Shown here piece after piece: positions 29,456-39,253 of a stretch of DNA of 64,000 bases. The notes beneath the pieces are model-generated. The model saw nothing but the letters and a program-made list of their open reading frames with translations. It did no database searches and was not told the DNA's origin. Where the stretch lies: the NCBI GenBank assembly GCA_965219075.1, contig CBDCMM010000002.1, positions 643,893 to 707,892 of the forward strand, in the 5' to 3' direction. Origin of the DNA: Sphingomonas sp. (GTDB lineage: Bacteria; Pseudomonadota; Alphaproteobacteria; Sphingomonadales; Sphingomonadaceae). Numbering within the stretch: the first letter of the stretch is position 1; each line of letters begins with the position of its first letter. Both the position numbers and the translations under genes were made by a program.

Positions 29456-30430
29456 GTGCCGCCCGGTCCGAAAGTGCTGATTACTGGTGCCGATGGCTTC
29501 GTCGGAAGATGGCTCGTGCCGACGCTGCTCGACGCACTACCCGATGCTGATCTCGTTGGAACCAGCACGGTGCCCGGCAAGCCCATATCGGGTGCGCGCG
29601 CAATAACGCTCGATCTACTCGATCCCGCGAATATTGACGCCGTCGTCAAGTCGGAGCGACCCGAGGCCGTTATCCATCTGGCGGCGATATCCACCGTAGC
29701 AACTGCGCGTACGGACACTTTAGGTACCATGAACGTCAACCTGCTGGGGACGATGCGATTGGCGGAGGCAGTACTGCTTCATGTACCAGAAGCACGGTTC
29801 GTACATGTTAGCAGTTCCGACATCTATGGTCGCACCTTCTCCGAACGCGAGGCACCGCTCGATGAAGAGGCACCGTTCGCACCGCTCAACACCTATGCCA
29901 CCTCCAAGGCCGCGACCGATTTACTCATCGGCCAGATGAGCGCGTCGGACGGACTACGCGCGCTTCGACTGCGCCCCTTCAATCACACCGGCCCCGGGCA
30001 GGATGATCGCTTCGTCATCCCCTCCTTCGCCCAACAGATCGCGCGCATTGAGTTGGGATTGCAGCCGCCCGTAATCAGAGTCGGTAACCTGGAAAGTTAT
30101 CGCGAATTCCTCGATGTACGCGATATAGTGCGCGCCTATGCCCGTGCGATGACCGCCCCGATCGGTATTTTTAATGGCCAAGCGGTCAATCTGGCATGTG
30201 CCAAGCCGATAAAGATCCGCGAAATCCTCAAGCGCCTGATTGGATTGGCGACTACGCAGATCGACGTTGTCGTTGATCCCGATCGCTATCGGCCAGAAAC
30301 GAATCATTTTTCCGGCGGTGATGCACGGCGCGCTCATCATCTGCTGAACTGGCAGCCTGAAATCCCCCTCGATGCCACGCTCGGCGATGTTCTCGACGCG
30401 GAACGTGCGGTCTTGCATCACGCGGGCTGA
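29456..30430 (+). CDS. rmd: GDP-4-keto-6-deoxy-D-mannose reductase (GDP-D-rhamnose synthesis)
   Basis: Extended SDR (TGADGFVG, YATSK) with RPFNHTGPGQ and FVIPSFAQQIA, directly after gmd. Confidence 0.78.
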   Translation: MPPGPKVLITGADGFVGRWLVPTLLDALPDADLVGTSTVPGKPISGARAITLDLLDPANIDAVVKSERPEAVIHLAAISTVATARTDTLGTMNVNLLGTMRLAEAVLLHVPEARFVHVSSSDIYGRTFSEREAPLDEEAPFAPLNTYATSKAATDLLIGQMSASDGLRALRLRPFNHTGPGQDDRFVIPSFAQQIARIELGLQPPVIRVGNLESYREFLDVRDIVRAYARAMTAPIGIFNGQAVNLACAKPIKIREILKRLIGLATTQIDVVVDPDRYRPETNHFSGGDARRAHHLLNWQPEIPLDATLGDVLDAERAVLHHAG

Positions 30431-30477
30431 CCATATCAGACCGGCTTCTCAGGTCTGCCAGCTGTCTTTACCGAAAG

Positions 30478-31041
30478 ATGACCAACCCCATCCATCTTAT
30501 CCATCCCCGCCGCCACGGCGACGCACGCGGCTGGTTCACCGAAACCTACAATCGCGAGACGTTCGTCGCGCATGGGATTGACGTCGCGTTCGTTCAGGAC
30601 AACCACTCGCTTTCCGCGCCCGCTTTCATATTGCGCGGGCTGCCTTTTCAAACTCCACCCCGCGTGCAGGATAAGCTCGTCCGCTGCATCCGCGGACGGA
30701 TTTTCGACGTCGCGGTAGATGTGCGGAACGGATCGCCGACCTATGGCCAGTGGGTCGGTGCAGAGCTGTCGGCCGAAAACGGTGACCAGCTCTTCATCCC
30801 CGTCGGCTTTGCGCACGGGTTTTTGACGCTCGAGCCAAATTGCGAAGTCGTGTACAAATGCTCGGATACCTACGCGCCCGAGGCGGACGGCGGGATCGCG
30901 TGGGACAGCGTCGGGATCGACTGGCCGCTGCCGACGGGGAACATGCCTGAGCTGTCCGACAAGGACCGGTACCAACCCTCCCTCGCTGACTTCGGTAGCC
31001 CGTTCGCCTATGATGGGCACCCGCTCCAACCGCTCGCCTGA
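30478..31041 (+). CDS. rmlC: dTDP-4-dehydrorhamnose 3,5-epimerase; catalytic His replaced by Pro
   Basis: [31 protein letters not shown]; RGLH reads RGLP (CCT at 30643-30645). Confidence 0.9.
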   Translation: MTNPIHLIHPRRHGDARGWFTETYNRETFVAHGIDVAFVQDNHSLSAPAFILRGLPFQTPPRVQDKLVRCIRGRIFDVAVDVRNGSPTYGQWVGAELSAENGDQLFIPVGFAHGFLTLEPNCEVVYKCSDTYAPEADGGIAWDSVGIDWPLPTGNMPELSDKDRYQPSLADFGSPFAYDGHPLQPLA

Positions 31042-31052
31042 AGGACAATCCC

Positions 31053-32104
31053 ATGCGCATCTTCGTCACCGGCGGGGCCGGGTTCATCGGCTCGGCGCTC
31101 GTGCGTCACCTCATTCGCGACACCGGGCATGAAGTCCTGAACTTCGACAAACTGACCTATGCGGGCAACTCGTCGACAGTAGCCGAGGTGGCGGGGTCGA
31201 ACCGTTACCGCTTCGTCCAGGGCGACATCTGCGATGCCGACGCGGTGCGCGCCGCGATCGTGGGGTTCCGGCCCCACATCATCACCCACCTGGCCGCGGA
31301 AAGTCACGTCGATCGCTCGATCGACGGGCCTGGCGCGTTCATCGAGACCAACGTGGTCGGCACCTACGTCATGCTCTCGGAGGCACGCGCCTATTGGCAG
31401 GGGCTGGACGAAACCGCGCGCGCTGCGTTCCGCTTCCACCATATCTCGACCGACGAGGTATACGGCTCGCTCGGCGATACCGGGCTGTTCACCGAGGAGA
31501 CGCCCTACGACCCGCGCTCGCCTTATTCGGCGTCGAAGGCGGGCAGCGACCATCTCGTCAGCGCCTGGGGGCACACCTACGGTCTGCCGATCCTCATCAC
31601 CAACTGCTCGAACAATTACGGGCCGTATCACTTTCCCGAGAAGCTGATCCCATTGGTGATCGCCAAGGCGCTCGATGGCGAACCCCTTCCCGTCTACGGC
31701 GCGGGCGATCAGGTGCGCGACTGGCTCTACGTCGAGGATCACGTGAAGGCCCTGCGTACCGTCTTCGAAAAGGTAGGCCCGGGCGCACCTACAATGTCGG
31801 CGGGCATAACGAGAAGCAGAACGTAGAAGTCGTGCGCACGCTCTGCGCAATCCTCGACCGGCTTTCTCCAAACGAGGACGGCGAGAGCGATGCCGGGCAG
31901 ATTACCTCGGTCGCCGATCGCCCGGGACACGACAAGCGCTATGCGATCGACGCGACGCGGATCGGCGAGGAACTCGGCTGGCAGCCGGAGGAGACGTTCG
32001 AGACCGGGATCGAAAAGACGGTGCGCTGGTATCTCGGCCATCAGGACTGGTGGCGCCCGCTGGCGGCGGGCAAGGCGGCCGAACGGCGCGGCGTGGCCTC
32101 ATGA
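31053..32104 (+). pseudogene. rmlB: dTDP-glucose 4,6-dehydratase, -1 frameshift near 31773
   Basis: TGGAGFIGS...HISTDEVYG...YSASK in one frame; GRTYNVGG...[12 protein letters not shown] in another. One extra base at GAA AAG G-T AGG restores [10 protein letters not shown]. Confidence 0.88.
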
Positions 32105-32140
32105 TGACGCGTATAACTGTCGACATGTCGGCGCGTTGTT

Positions 32141-33028
32141 ATGCGTGACATCCTCGTCACCGGCGCGGGCGGGCAGCTCGGCACCGAGCTGCAGCGCGTC
32201 CAGTGGCCCGAGAACGTGCGGGTCGTCGCGAGCGACCAAATCGATCTCGACCTGACCGACACCGCGGCGATCGCCGCCAAGGTGGCGGAACGCGAATGGG
32301 CCGCGGTCATCAACGGCGCGGCCTATACCGCGGTCGATAAGGCCGAGAGCGACCTTGTTACCGCTTGGGCGGTGAACGCAATGGCACCCGCGGCGTTCGG
32401 CAAAGCCGGTGCGGAAGCGGGCATCCCGCTGGTCCAGGTTTCGACCGACTATGTCTTCGGCGGTGACAAGCATGGTACGTGGGAGATCGACGATCCGGTC
32501 AACCCGCTCGGCGTCTACGGCGCATCAAAGCTGGGCGGCGAGCTCGCGGTGCGCACCTCGGGCGCGAAGGCTGTGATCGTGCGCACCGCTTGGGTCGTGT
32601 CGGCGCATGGCAACAATATCGTGAAGACGATGCTTCGGGTGGGCGCGACCAGCCCGACCTTGCGCGTCGTCGCGGACCAGCATGGCTCGCCGACCGGTGC
32701 CCCGGATCTGGCAGACGCCCTCCGCGCGATCGTGCTGCGGCTGATCGAGGATACCGACGCGCCCACCGGTACCTTCCATTTCTCGAACGCAGGGGAGACG
32801 AACTGGGCGGACTTCGCGCGTGAGATCTTCCGCCAGTCCTGCCTTCGCGATGGTGCGGTCGCGAAAGTCGAAGGGATCACCACCGCGGACTATCCCACCC
32901 CCGCACGCCGACCCACCAATTCGCTGCTGAGCCATCGCGCGATCGGCGCGGCCTATGGCATCGCCCCCCGCGCTTGGGAACCGGCGCTCGGCGACATTCT
33001 CGACGAACTGATCGGAACACCGAAATGA
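32141..33028 (+). CDS. rmlD: dTDP-4-dehydrorhamnose reductase
   Basis: [42 protein letters not shown]. Confidence 0.93.
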   Translation: MRDILVTGAGGQLGTELQRVQWPENVRVVASDQIDLDLTDTAAIAAKVAEREWAAVINGAAYTAVDKAESDLVTAWAVNAMAPAAFGKAGAEAGIPLVQVSTDYVFGGDKHGTWEIDDPVNPLGVYGASKLGGELAVRTSGAKAVIVRTAWVVSAHGNNIVKTMLRVGATSPTLRVVADQHGSPTGAPDLADALRAIVLRLIEDTDAPTGTFHFSNAGETNWADFAREIFRQSCLRDGAVAKVEGITTADYPTPARRPTNSLLSHRAIGAAYGIAPRAWEPALGDILDELIGTPK

Positions 33029-33894
33029 AAGGCATCATTCTCGCCGGCGGGTCGGGCACCCGGCTCCATCCGGCGACGCTCGCGGTCAACAAGCAGCTGC
33101 TCCCGGTCTACGACAAGCCAATGGTCTACTATCCGCTCAGCGTGCTGATGCTGGCGGGAATCCGCGAGGTGCTGATCATCTCCTCGTCCGAATATCTCGG
33201 CAATTACCAGCGATTGTTTGGCGATGGTTCGGCGTTCGGTTTATCGATCAGTTACGCCGAGCAGCCGCGCCCCGAGGGACTTGCACAGGCGTTCACGATC
33301 GGTGCCGACTTCATCGGCGACGATGATGTCGCGCTGGTGCTGGGCGACAACATCTTCTTCGGTGCAGGCCTGCCCGAACTGCTGGCAAGCGCGGTCGACC
33401 GGACGAACGGTGCGACGGTCTTCGCCTATCAGGTCGAGGATCCCGAACGGTATGGCGTGGTCGAGCTGGGTGATGCCGGCGTGGCGTTGAGCCTCGAAGA
33501 GAAGCCCGCGAGCCCCAAATCCAACCATGCGGTGACTGGGCTGTATTTCTACGACAATCGCGTCGTAGACATGGCGCGCAATCTGAAGCCTTCGCCACGC
33601 GGCGAGCTCGAGATCACCGACCTCAACCGTCTCTACATGGAGGCGGGCGACCTCTTCGTCGAACAGATGGGCCGCGGCTACGCCTGGCTCGACACCGGCA
33701 CCCACGACAGCCTGCTCGAGGCGAGCGAGTTCGTCAGTACGCTCCAGCACCGCCAGGGCATCCAGATCGCCTGCCTGGAGGAAATCGCCTTCGAGACGGG
33801 CTTAATCGATGCCGACCAGGCACGCGCATGTGGCGAGATGTTCAAGAAGACCGCCTACGGACGCGCCATTCTACGCGCGGTGGACGGGCGCTAG
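33025..33894 (+). CDS. rmlA: Glucose-1-phosphate thymidylyltransferase
   Basis: [42 protein letters not shown]. Confidence 0.96.
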   Translation: MKGIILAGGSGTRLHPATLAVNKQLLPVYDKPMVYYPLSVLMLAGIREVLIISSSEYLGNYQRLFGDGSAFGLSISYAEQPRPEGLAQAFTIGADFIGDDDVALVLGDNIFFGAGLPELLASAVDRTNGATVFAYQVEDPERYGVVELGDAGVALSLEEKPASPKSNHAVTGLYFYDNRVVDMARNLKPSPRGELEITDLNRLYMEAGDLFVEQMGRGYAWLDTGTHDSLLEASEFVSTLQHRQGIQIACLEEIAFETGLIDADQARACGEMFKKTAYGRAILRAVDGR

Positions 33895-34123
33895 ATCCTC
33901 ACCCCCACCGGCGTTTCACCGTGCTTCCTGAGCACGTCGTCGAACGCCTCGGCCATCAACGCCTGAAGGCTCCTGCCCTGCCTCCTCCCCAACATGTGCA
34001 TTGCGAGGCTCATCTCGGGCGTGAAGAAGCCCGCGATCTGCTTGCGGCCCTCGCGGCTCGCGGCTCGCAGGCTTCGTCGGCTCGGGCGCAGGGGTCGGGG
34101 TCGCCTCAGGTTCGTTGGCGGGC
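33891..34123 (-). pseudogene. 3' fragment of a plasmid-type ribbon-helix-helix (ParG/CopG-like) gene
   Basis: Removing one 7-bp unit at 34051-34068 gives PEPTKPASREGRKQIAGFFTPEMSLAMHMLGRRQGRSLQALMAEAFDDVLRKHGE, a beta-strand/helix/helix pattern; its native 5' end is missing. Confidence 0.65.
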
Positions 34124-34299
34124 GGCGCGGCCCGCGATCGCGCGGTGGATGATCCGCTCGTCAACAGCACGAACGAAAGCATGACCGCGATAAGCACCGC
34201 GACCGCAGCGATCAGGATCCCGTTCCGGCGGGTCAGGGATGTTTTGGGTTGAGCCCGCGTCTGCGCGGAAAGGTCCGGCTGCGGGGTTTCCAGCGGCAT
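33916..34299 (-). CDS. Chimeric ORF: duplicated N-terminus and TM of the 4841-6163 gene fused to RHH-derived sequence
   Basis: The first ~58 codons match the 6163 gene; then a Pro-rich linker and an out-of-frame tail. Confidence 0.45.
   Translation of the reverse strand: MPLETPQPDLSAQTRAQPKTSLTRRNGILIAAVAVLIAVMLSFVLLTSGSSTARSRAAPPANEPEATPTPAPEPTKPASREPRGPQADRGLLHARDEPRNAHVGEEAGQEPSGVDGRGVRRRAQEAR
34051..34068 (+). repeat. 7-bp tandem repeat (TCGCGGC x2 plus TCGC)
   Basis: Read directly: tcgcggc tcgcggc tcgc. Confidence 0.9.
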
Positions 34300-34352
34300 C
34301 CCCCGCCATGCCGCACCGCAGTATATTTGGAAAGCCGGATGTAACGATCCGG
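34124..34352 (+). repeat. Direct repeat copy 2 (229 bp)
   Basis: Matches 5988-6217. Confidence 0.97.
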
Positions 34353-34559
34353 CGCATGGCAGAGCCGGTCAACCGCTCCGGGCGCCGGATGGTCCCTGTG
34401 GACATTCACTCACGCGCATGCGATCCCGCTTGATATCGCCGCTACGTGTCGGCGCTTACAGTCGCTGGTCTCTGCTCGCGTTCAGCAGCAAAGGCGTCGT
34501 TGAGTGGATCGAGACAGTCCGCTTTCGGACAGACCGCCCTGATACGTGGCAGTTTCCAA

Positions 34560-35108
34560 TCAGCGAACAACGGCGTTGCGTTGGCTAAGCCGCGAGCAAT
34601 CGATCATTCGATCCGTCACCTCGTCCACTGTGCAACTCACTTCTCCAACCAACCAGCTTCGGAGCATTGCAAGTTGTGCCGCTGCGATCCCGGCTGCCCT
34701 GATGGCCAATGCGACGTTGGCCTCGTCGGCCCGCCCGATCTGGATAAGGACCATCTCCGCCAAGCGGCGTTCAATGATCCGAGCGGTGGGTGAACTGAGA
34801 ATTATCCGTCCTGTCGATCGTCTTCTCCAAAGATGACTAATCATGCTCTTGACGTAACATCTGGCCGCTCGACCCGAAGCAGCGGTGGAAAGCGCAAGAA
34901 GAACGGGCTCCATCGCAGAAATCAGGACATCGCTCTTGCCCCGAAAATGCTCGTAAAACGTTGCTCTGCCAACGTCGGCCTCATGTACGAGGTCGGCGAT
35001 GCGGATTGTGTCGTAGCGGCGTTCGAGCGCGAGCTTTACGAACGCTGCCAAAATTGCCGCACGTGTGCCTAATTTACTCTGGCTATCTGATACCGGTTGG
35101 TCCTGCAT
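34560..35108 (-). CDS. TetR/AcrR-family transcriptional regulator
   Basis: N-terminal HTH 'IRIADLVHEADVGRATFYEHFRGK'. Confidence 0.88.
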   Translation of the reverse strand: MQDQPVSDSQSKLGTRAAILAAFVKLALERRYDTIRIADLVHEADVGRATFYEHFRGKSDVLISAMEPVLLALSTAASGRAARCYVKSMISHLWRRRSTGRIILSSPTARIIERRLAEMVLIQIGRADEANVALAIRAAGIAAAQLAMLRSWLVGEVSCTVDEVTDRMIDCSRLSQRNAVVR

Positions 35109-35278
35109 ATCCTATCCCTAGGGTATGACCCCCCTATATGCGACGCCGACAGCGGCATTCCGTCCGGACATTTTGCGGGTAGTGTCCGCCGAGGCCGTTC
35201 TGGGCAGCGTTTGCGCTCGCCAACAAGTTTGGTGTGGGCCAGATTGGATTCACCAACATCAATGCGGAGGACTGGACC

Positions 35279-35635
35279 TTGGATCATCGATCGGTCGCAA
35301 TCATACCCTGCGGAAACCTTGACGCCAGCGAAGCCTTTTACAGCAAGCTCGGCTTCGACGTGATCAGCGATTATGGACTTTACCGGATTTTGGCGGATGG
35401 TCGAGGTTGGCATCTGCACCTGACCCATGCGCCCGGTTGGCCAAAAAATATCGAGGCCAATCCGTTTGGTTTGTATCTGTATGTCGATGACGTCGACGCA
35501 GTTGCCGCGCGAGTACACGATATGATTATTGAAAAAGGGGCACCGCACGAGAAGCCTTGGGGAACGTACGAATTCTCTGTAAGCGATCCAAGCGGGCTGC
35601 TCGTGCGCGTCGGCCGCAGTATCGACGACGGATAA
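35279..35635 (+). CDS. VOC/glyoxalase-family protein
   Basis: SEAFYSKLGF, LYLYVDDVD, KPWGTYEFSVSDPSG; GGAGG 8 nt before TTG 35279. Confidence 0.85.
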   Translation: MDHRSVAIIPCGNLDASEAFYSKLGFDVISDYGLYRILADGRGWHLHLTHAPGWPKNIEANPFGLYLYVDDVDAVAARVHDMIIEKGAPHEKPWGTYEFSVSDPSGLLVRVGRSIDDG

Positions 35636-35768
35636 CGAACGGCAATCGTGCTCATCGGGAGCGGCGGATGGTTGTGATGCGACCGCCAACCCCAGCGCCA
35701 GCACTGTTCAACCGGTCCCGCGCGCTGCCCCGCAAAACCCACCGCTCCGCACCGCGGCACCCAGTCCG

Positions 35769-37526
35769 CTACGCCCGAACATAGTCCCCCGGCGCGTCAG
35801 TCAGCGCGGGCAGAGTCCCTTCGCCCGGCACCCGCGCGCCGTCCGCTGCGACGTGCGCGTCGTCGCGGTCGCGGAGCCAGGCGAGCCAGTCCGGCCACCA
35901 GCTTCCCTTGGTCTCGGTTGCGCCATCGACGAATGCCTCCAGCGTCTGCGCCGCCCCGTCATTCGTCCAATATTGATATTTCCCCATCGACGGCGGATTG
36001 ACGACGCCTGCGATATGCCCCGACCCCGCCAGGACGAAGCGCATCGGTCCGCTGAACAGATCGGTGATCTTCCACACGCTTTCAGCCGGAGCGATATGAT
36101 CCTCGCGCCCCGCCTGGACATAAGCGGGCGTCGCAACGCGCGTCAGGTCGATCGGCGTGCCGTCGACCGTCATCGCCCCGGGATCGACCAGCCGGTTGTC
36201 GCGGTACAGGTCGGTCAGATAGCTTTTGTGCCATTTCGCGGGCAGGTTGGTTGTGTCCCCGTTCCAGTGGAGCAGGTCGAACGGCGCATAATCCTTGCCC
36301 AGCAGGTAATTGTCCGTGACGTAATTCCAGATCAGGTCGCGACCGCGCAGCGCGTTGAACGTTGCCGCCATATACCGCCCGTCGAGAAACCCGTCCCCCG
36401 ACAACGCCTCGACCAATGCCAGTTGTTCGTCGCCGGTGAAATGCGACAGATCGCCCGCGCTTGCGAAATCGACCTGCGCGGTAAAGAACGTCGCGCTCGC
36501 CACCCGCGCCGCCTCACCCCGCGCCGCGATCAATGCCAGCGTTGCGGCAAGCGTAGTGCCCGCGACGCAATAACCGATCGTATGCACCGCCGGTACGTCC
36601 AGCAATGCGCGGATCGTATCGACGGCATCGATCTGCGCCGCGACATAATCGTCCCAGATGACGTCCTTCATCGACGCATCCGCTGACTTCCAGGAGACCA
36701 TGAACACCGTGATCCCCTGCTCCACCGCCCAGCGGATGAAACTTTTCTCTGGCGTCAGGTCCAGGATGTAAAAACGGTTGATCCACGGCGGAAAAATGAC
36801 CAGCGGCGTCGCCAGCACGCGTCCGGTCGCCGGCGCATATTGGATCAGTTCGTACAGCGGCGTGCGGTGGATGACCTTGCCCGGTGTCACCGCCAGGTTG
36901 CGCCCGACCTCGAACGCGCCCGCATCGGTATGCGTCATCTGCCCGCGCCCCAAATCGTTCAGCATGTGCTGAAGCCCTTTGAGCAGATTTTCGCCGCGCG
37001 TCTCCAGCGTCTTTTCGATCACCTCCGGATTGGTCAGCGCAAAGTTCGCCGGGCTCATCGCGTCGACGAAACCGCGCGTCGCAAAGCGCAGCTGTTCGCG
37101 CTGGCGTTCGTCCAGCCCCTCCGCACCTTCGACGCCGCGCATCAGATGGTCGGAGATCAGCTGGTAACTCTGCCGGATCATATCGAACACGGGATTGTCC
37201 CGCCACGCCTCCGCCCTGAACCGCCTGTCCTTGGCGTGTTCGGGGCGATCGACGATCGGCGGCGCGGTATCGGGATCGAGGAATCGCTGCCACAGGTTGA
37301 CGCTGTCGGTCCAGAAATTGCGGACCCGGATCAGCGTCGCCGGATCGTTGAACCCGGCTATGACCGGCACTCCGGCTGGTGCCTCCATCATCCCGAACCC
37401 GCGCTCCATCATCATTTGCTGCGCGCGTCCGGCGATCTGGGTCCAGTGCTGCATGTCGGCCAACCCCGGCATCCCGCCATCCGCCGCCGCCCCGGTTTCG
37501 CCGTCCCGGCGTCGAGACTCGCTCAC
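35769..37526 (-). CDS. phaC: Class I polyhydroxyalkanoate synthase
   Basis: PPWINRFYILDL, lipase box GYCVAG, WNGD, EDHIAP, GSGHIAG, GSWWPDW. Confidence 0.95.
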   Translation of the reverse strand: MSESRRRDGETGAAADGGMPGLADMQHWTQIAGRAQQMMMERGFGMMEAPAGVPVIAGFNDPATLIRVRNFWTDSVNLWQRFLDPDTAPPIVDRPEHAKDRRFRAEAWRDNPVFDMIRQSYQLISDHLMRGVEGAEGLDERQREQLRFATRGFVDAMSPANFALTNPEVIEKTLETRGENLLKGLQHMLNDLGRGQMTHTDAGAFEVGRNLAVTPGKVIHRTPLYELIQYAPATGRVLATPLVIFPPWINRFYILDLTPEKSFIRWAVEQGITVFMVSWKSADASMKDVIWDDYVAAQIDAVDTIRALLDVPAVHTIGYCVAGTTLAATLALIAARGEAARVASATFFTAQVDFASAGDLSHFTGDEQLALVEALSGDGFLDGRYMAATFNALRGRDLIWNYVTDNYLLGKDYAPFDLLHWNGDTTNLPAKWHKSYLTDLYRDNRLVDPGAMTVDGTPIDLTRVATPAYVQAGREDHIAPAESVWKITDLFSGPMRFVLAGSGHIAGVVNPPSMGKYQYWTNDGAAQTLEAFVDGATETKGSWWPDWLAWLRDRDDAHVAADGARVPGEGTLPALTDAPGDYVRA

Positions 37527-37636
37527 ATCGCTCTCCTCTTTTTCCCGACCCTAGCCGCTTTACCGCCTTAAGCGAAACGCCGTAGTCCTTCCGCGTCCTG
37601 CAGAAGTCGGATACCATAAAGGTGAAAGGCCAACGC

Positions 37637-38845
37637 ATGTCCGATCAGTTCTACCGCATCCGCCGCCTCCCGCCTTATGTCATCGCCGAGGTGAACGACA
37701 TGCGCGCGGCGGCGCGGGCGCGCGGAGAGGACATTATTGACCTCGGCATGGGCAATCCCGATCTGCCGCCGCCGCCGCACGTCATCGACAAATTGTGCGA
37801 AGTCGCCCGTAACCCCGACGCACACGGCTATTCGGCATCGCGAGGCATCCCCGGTCTGCGCCGCGCGCAGGCGGGCTATTATGCGCGCCGCTTCGGCGTC
37901 GATCTCGATCCCGATCGAGAGATCGTCGTGACGCTCGGATCGAAGGAAGGGCTCGCCAACCTTGCCCAGGCGATCACCGCGCCGGGCGACGTCGTGCTCG
38001 CGCCCAACCCCTCCTACCCGATCCACACGTTCGGTTTCATCATCGCGGGCGCGACGATTCGCAGCGTACCCGTCACCCCCGACGAAGCGTATTTCGGAAG
38101 TCTTGAACGCGCGATGGCGTTCACCGTCCCGCGCCCGTCGGTCCTCGTCATGGGATACCCCTCCAATCCCACCGCGGAAGTTGCCGACCTCGCCTTTTAC
38201 GAACGCGTCGTCGCCTTCGCGAAGGAACACGGTCTGTTGGTACTCTCGGACCTCGCGTATTCCGAACTTTATTATGACGACCGCCCGACGCCCTCGATTC
38301 TGCAGGTACCCGGTGCCAAGGATGTCGCGGTGGAATTTACCTCGCTCTCCAAGACCTACAGCATGGCGGGCTGGAGAATGGGATTCGCGGTCGGCAATCC
38401 GACGCTCATTGCGGCGCTGACCCGGGTCAAAAGCTATCTCGATTACGGCGCCTTCACCCCGATCCAGGCCGCCGCCGTCGCTGCGATCAACGGACCGCAG
38501 GACATTGTTGCAGCGAACCGCGCGCTCTACAAGCATCGCCGCGACGTGCTCGTTGAAAGCTTCGGTCGTGCAGGGTGGGACATCCCGCCACCCGCCGCCT
38601 CGATGTTCGCCTGGGCACCGCTCCCTCCCGCGCTCGCGCATCTCGGCAGCCTTGAGTTCTCAAAACAATTGCTCACCTGCGCACAGGTCGCAGTCGCGCC
38701 GGGCGTCGGCTACGGCGAGAACGGCGAGGGGTTCGTACGCATCGCGATGGTCGAAAACGAACAACGCCTCCGTCAGGCGGCGCGTAACGTCAAACGCTAC
38801 CTCGCCTCGATGGACGCAGGCATCAAACAAAGGGGGACGGGCTGA
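37637..38845 (+). CDS. Class I/II PLP aminotransferase (AlaC-like; commonly annotated LL-DAP aminotransferase)
   Basis: RLPPYV, DLGMGNPD, YPSNPT, SDLAY, SLSKTYSMAGWRMG. Confidence 0.88.
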   Translation: MSDQFYRIRRLPPYVIAEVNDMRAAARARGEDIIDLGMGNPDLPPPPHVIDKLCEVARNPDAHGYSASRGIPGLRRAQAGYYARRFGVDLDPDREIVVTLGSKEGLANLAQAITAPGDVVLAPNPSYPIHTFGFIIAGATIRSVPVTPDEAYFGSLERAMAFTVPRPSVLVMGYPSNPTAEVADLAFYERVVAFAKEHGLLVLSDLAYSELYYDDRPTPSILQVPGAKDVAVEFTSLSKTYSMAGWRMGFAVGNPTLIAALTRVKSYLDYGAFTPIQAAAVAAINGPQDIVAANRALYKHRRDVLVESFGRAGWDIPPPAASMFAWAPLPPALAHLGSLEFSKQLLTCAQVAVAPGVGYGENGEGFVRIAMVENEQRLRQAARNVKRYLASMDAGIKQRGTG

Positions 38846-39159
38846 TGTTCGTATTCAAGGGCGTCGAATCTCATCCGCGCAGCTTCGTAAAGGCCGTTTC
38901 GTGGCGGATCGTCGGCTCGATCGACACCTTCATCCTCGGCATGATCTTTTCGGGCAGCGCCAAGGTGGCGGGCTCGATCGCACTGACCGAGGTCGTGACC
39001 AAGATCGTGCTGTTCTATTTCCACGAACGCGGCTGGTCGCTGATCCGCTGGGGTCATCGTCCCGACGCCGTCGATCCCAAACTTGCTGCAAAGGAAGAGG
39101 CAAGGGCGAGCCAACCCGCCCGGCCCATGCTCCATCCCGACCGGAATGGGGGCGGTTGA
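38845..39159 (+). CDS. Small membrane protein (DUF2061-like)
   Basis: 'RSFVKAVSWRIVGSIDT...TKIVLFYFHERGW'. Confidence 0.75.
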   Translation: MFVFKGVESHPRSFVKAVSWRIVGSIDTFILGMIFSGSAKVAGSIALTEVVTKIVLFYFHERGWSLIRWGHRPDAVDPKLAAKEEARASQPARPMLHPDRNGGG

Positions 39160-39253
39160 TCAGCGGCCCCCGCCGGCTGCGACCGGATAAGTTGCACGAC
39201 GCGACTTTTCCCGCTTTATTCGACCGCGAACTCGACCGGAGGGGCCCCCGACC

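Noticed and set aside
32105-32140. 36-nt rmlB-rmlD spacer with palindrome CGACATGTCG and a TATAACTGT 9-mer shared with the res-like site at 6287-6295
   Set aside because: The similarity does not extend beyond 9 nt and was noticed after the fact; insufficient to call a second recombination site or footprint.
36514-38641. Long alternative ORFs 36514-37638 and 37568-38641
   Set aside because: Off-frame or antisense overlaps of phaC and the aminotransferase with low-complexity Arg/Gly/Ala translation.
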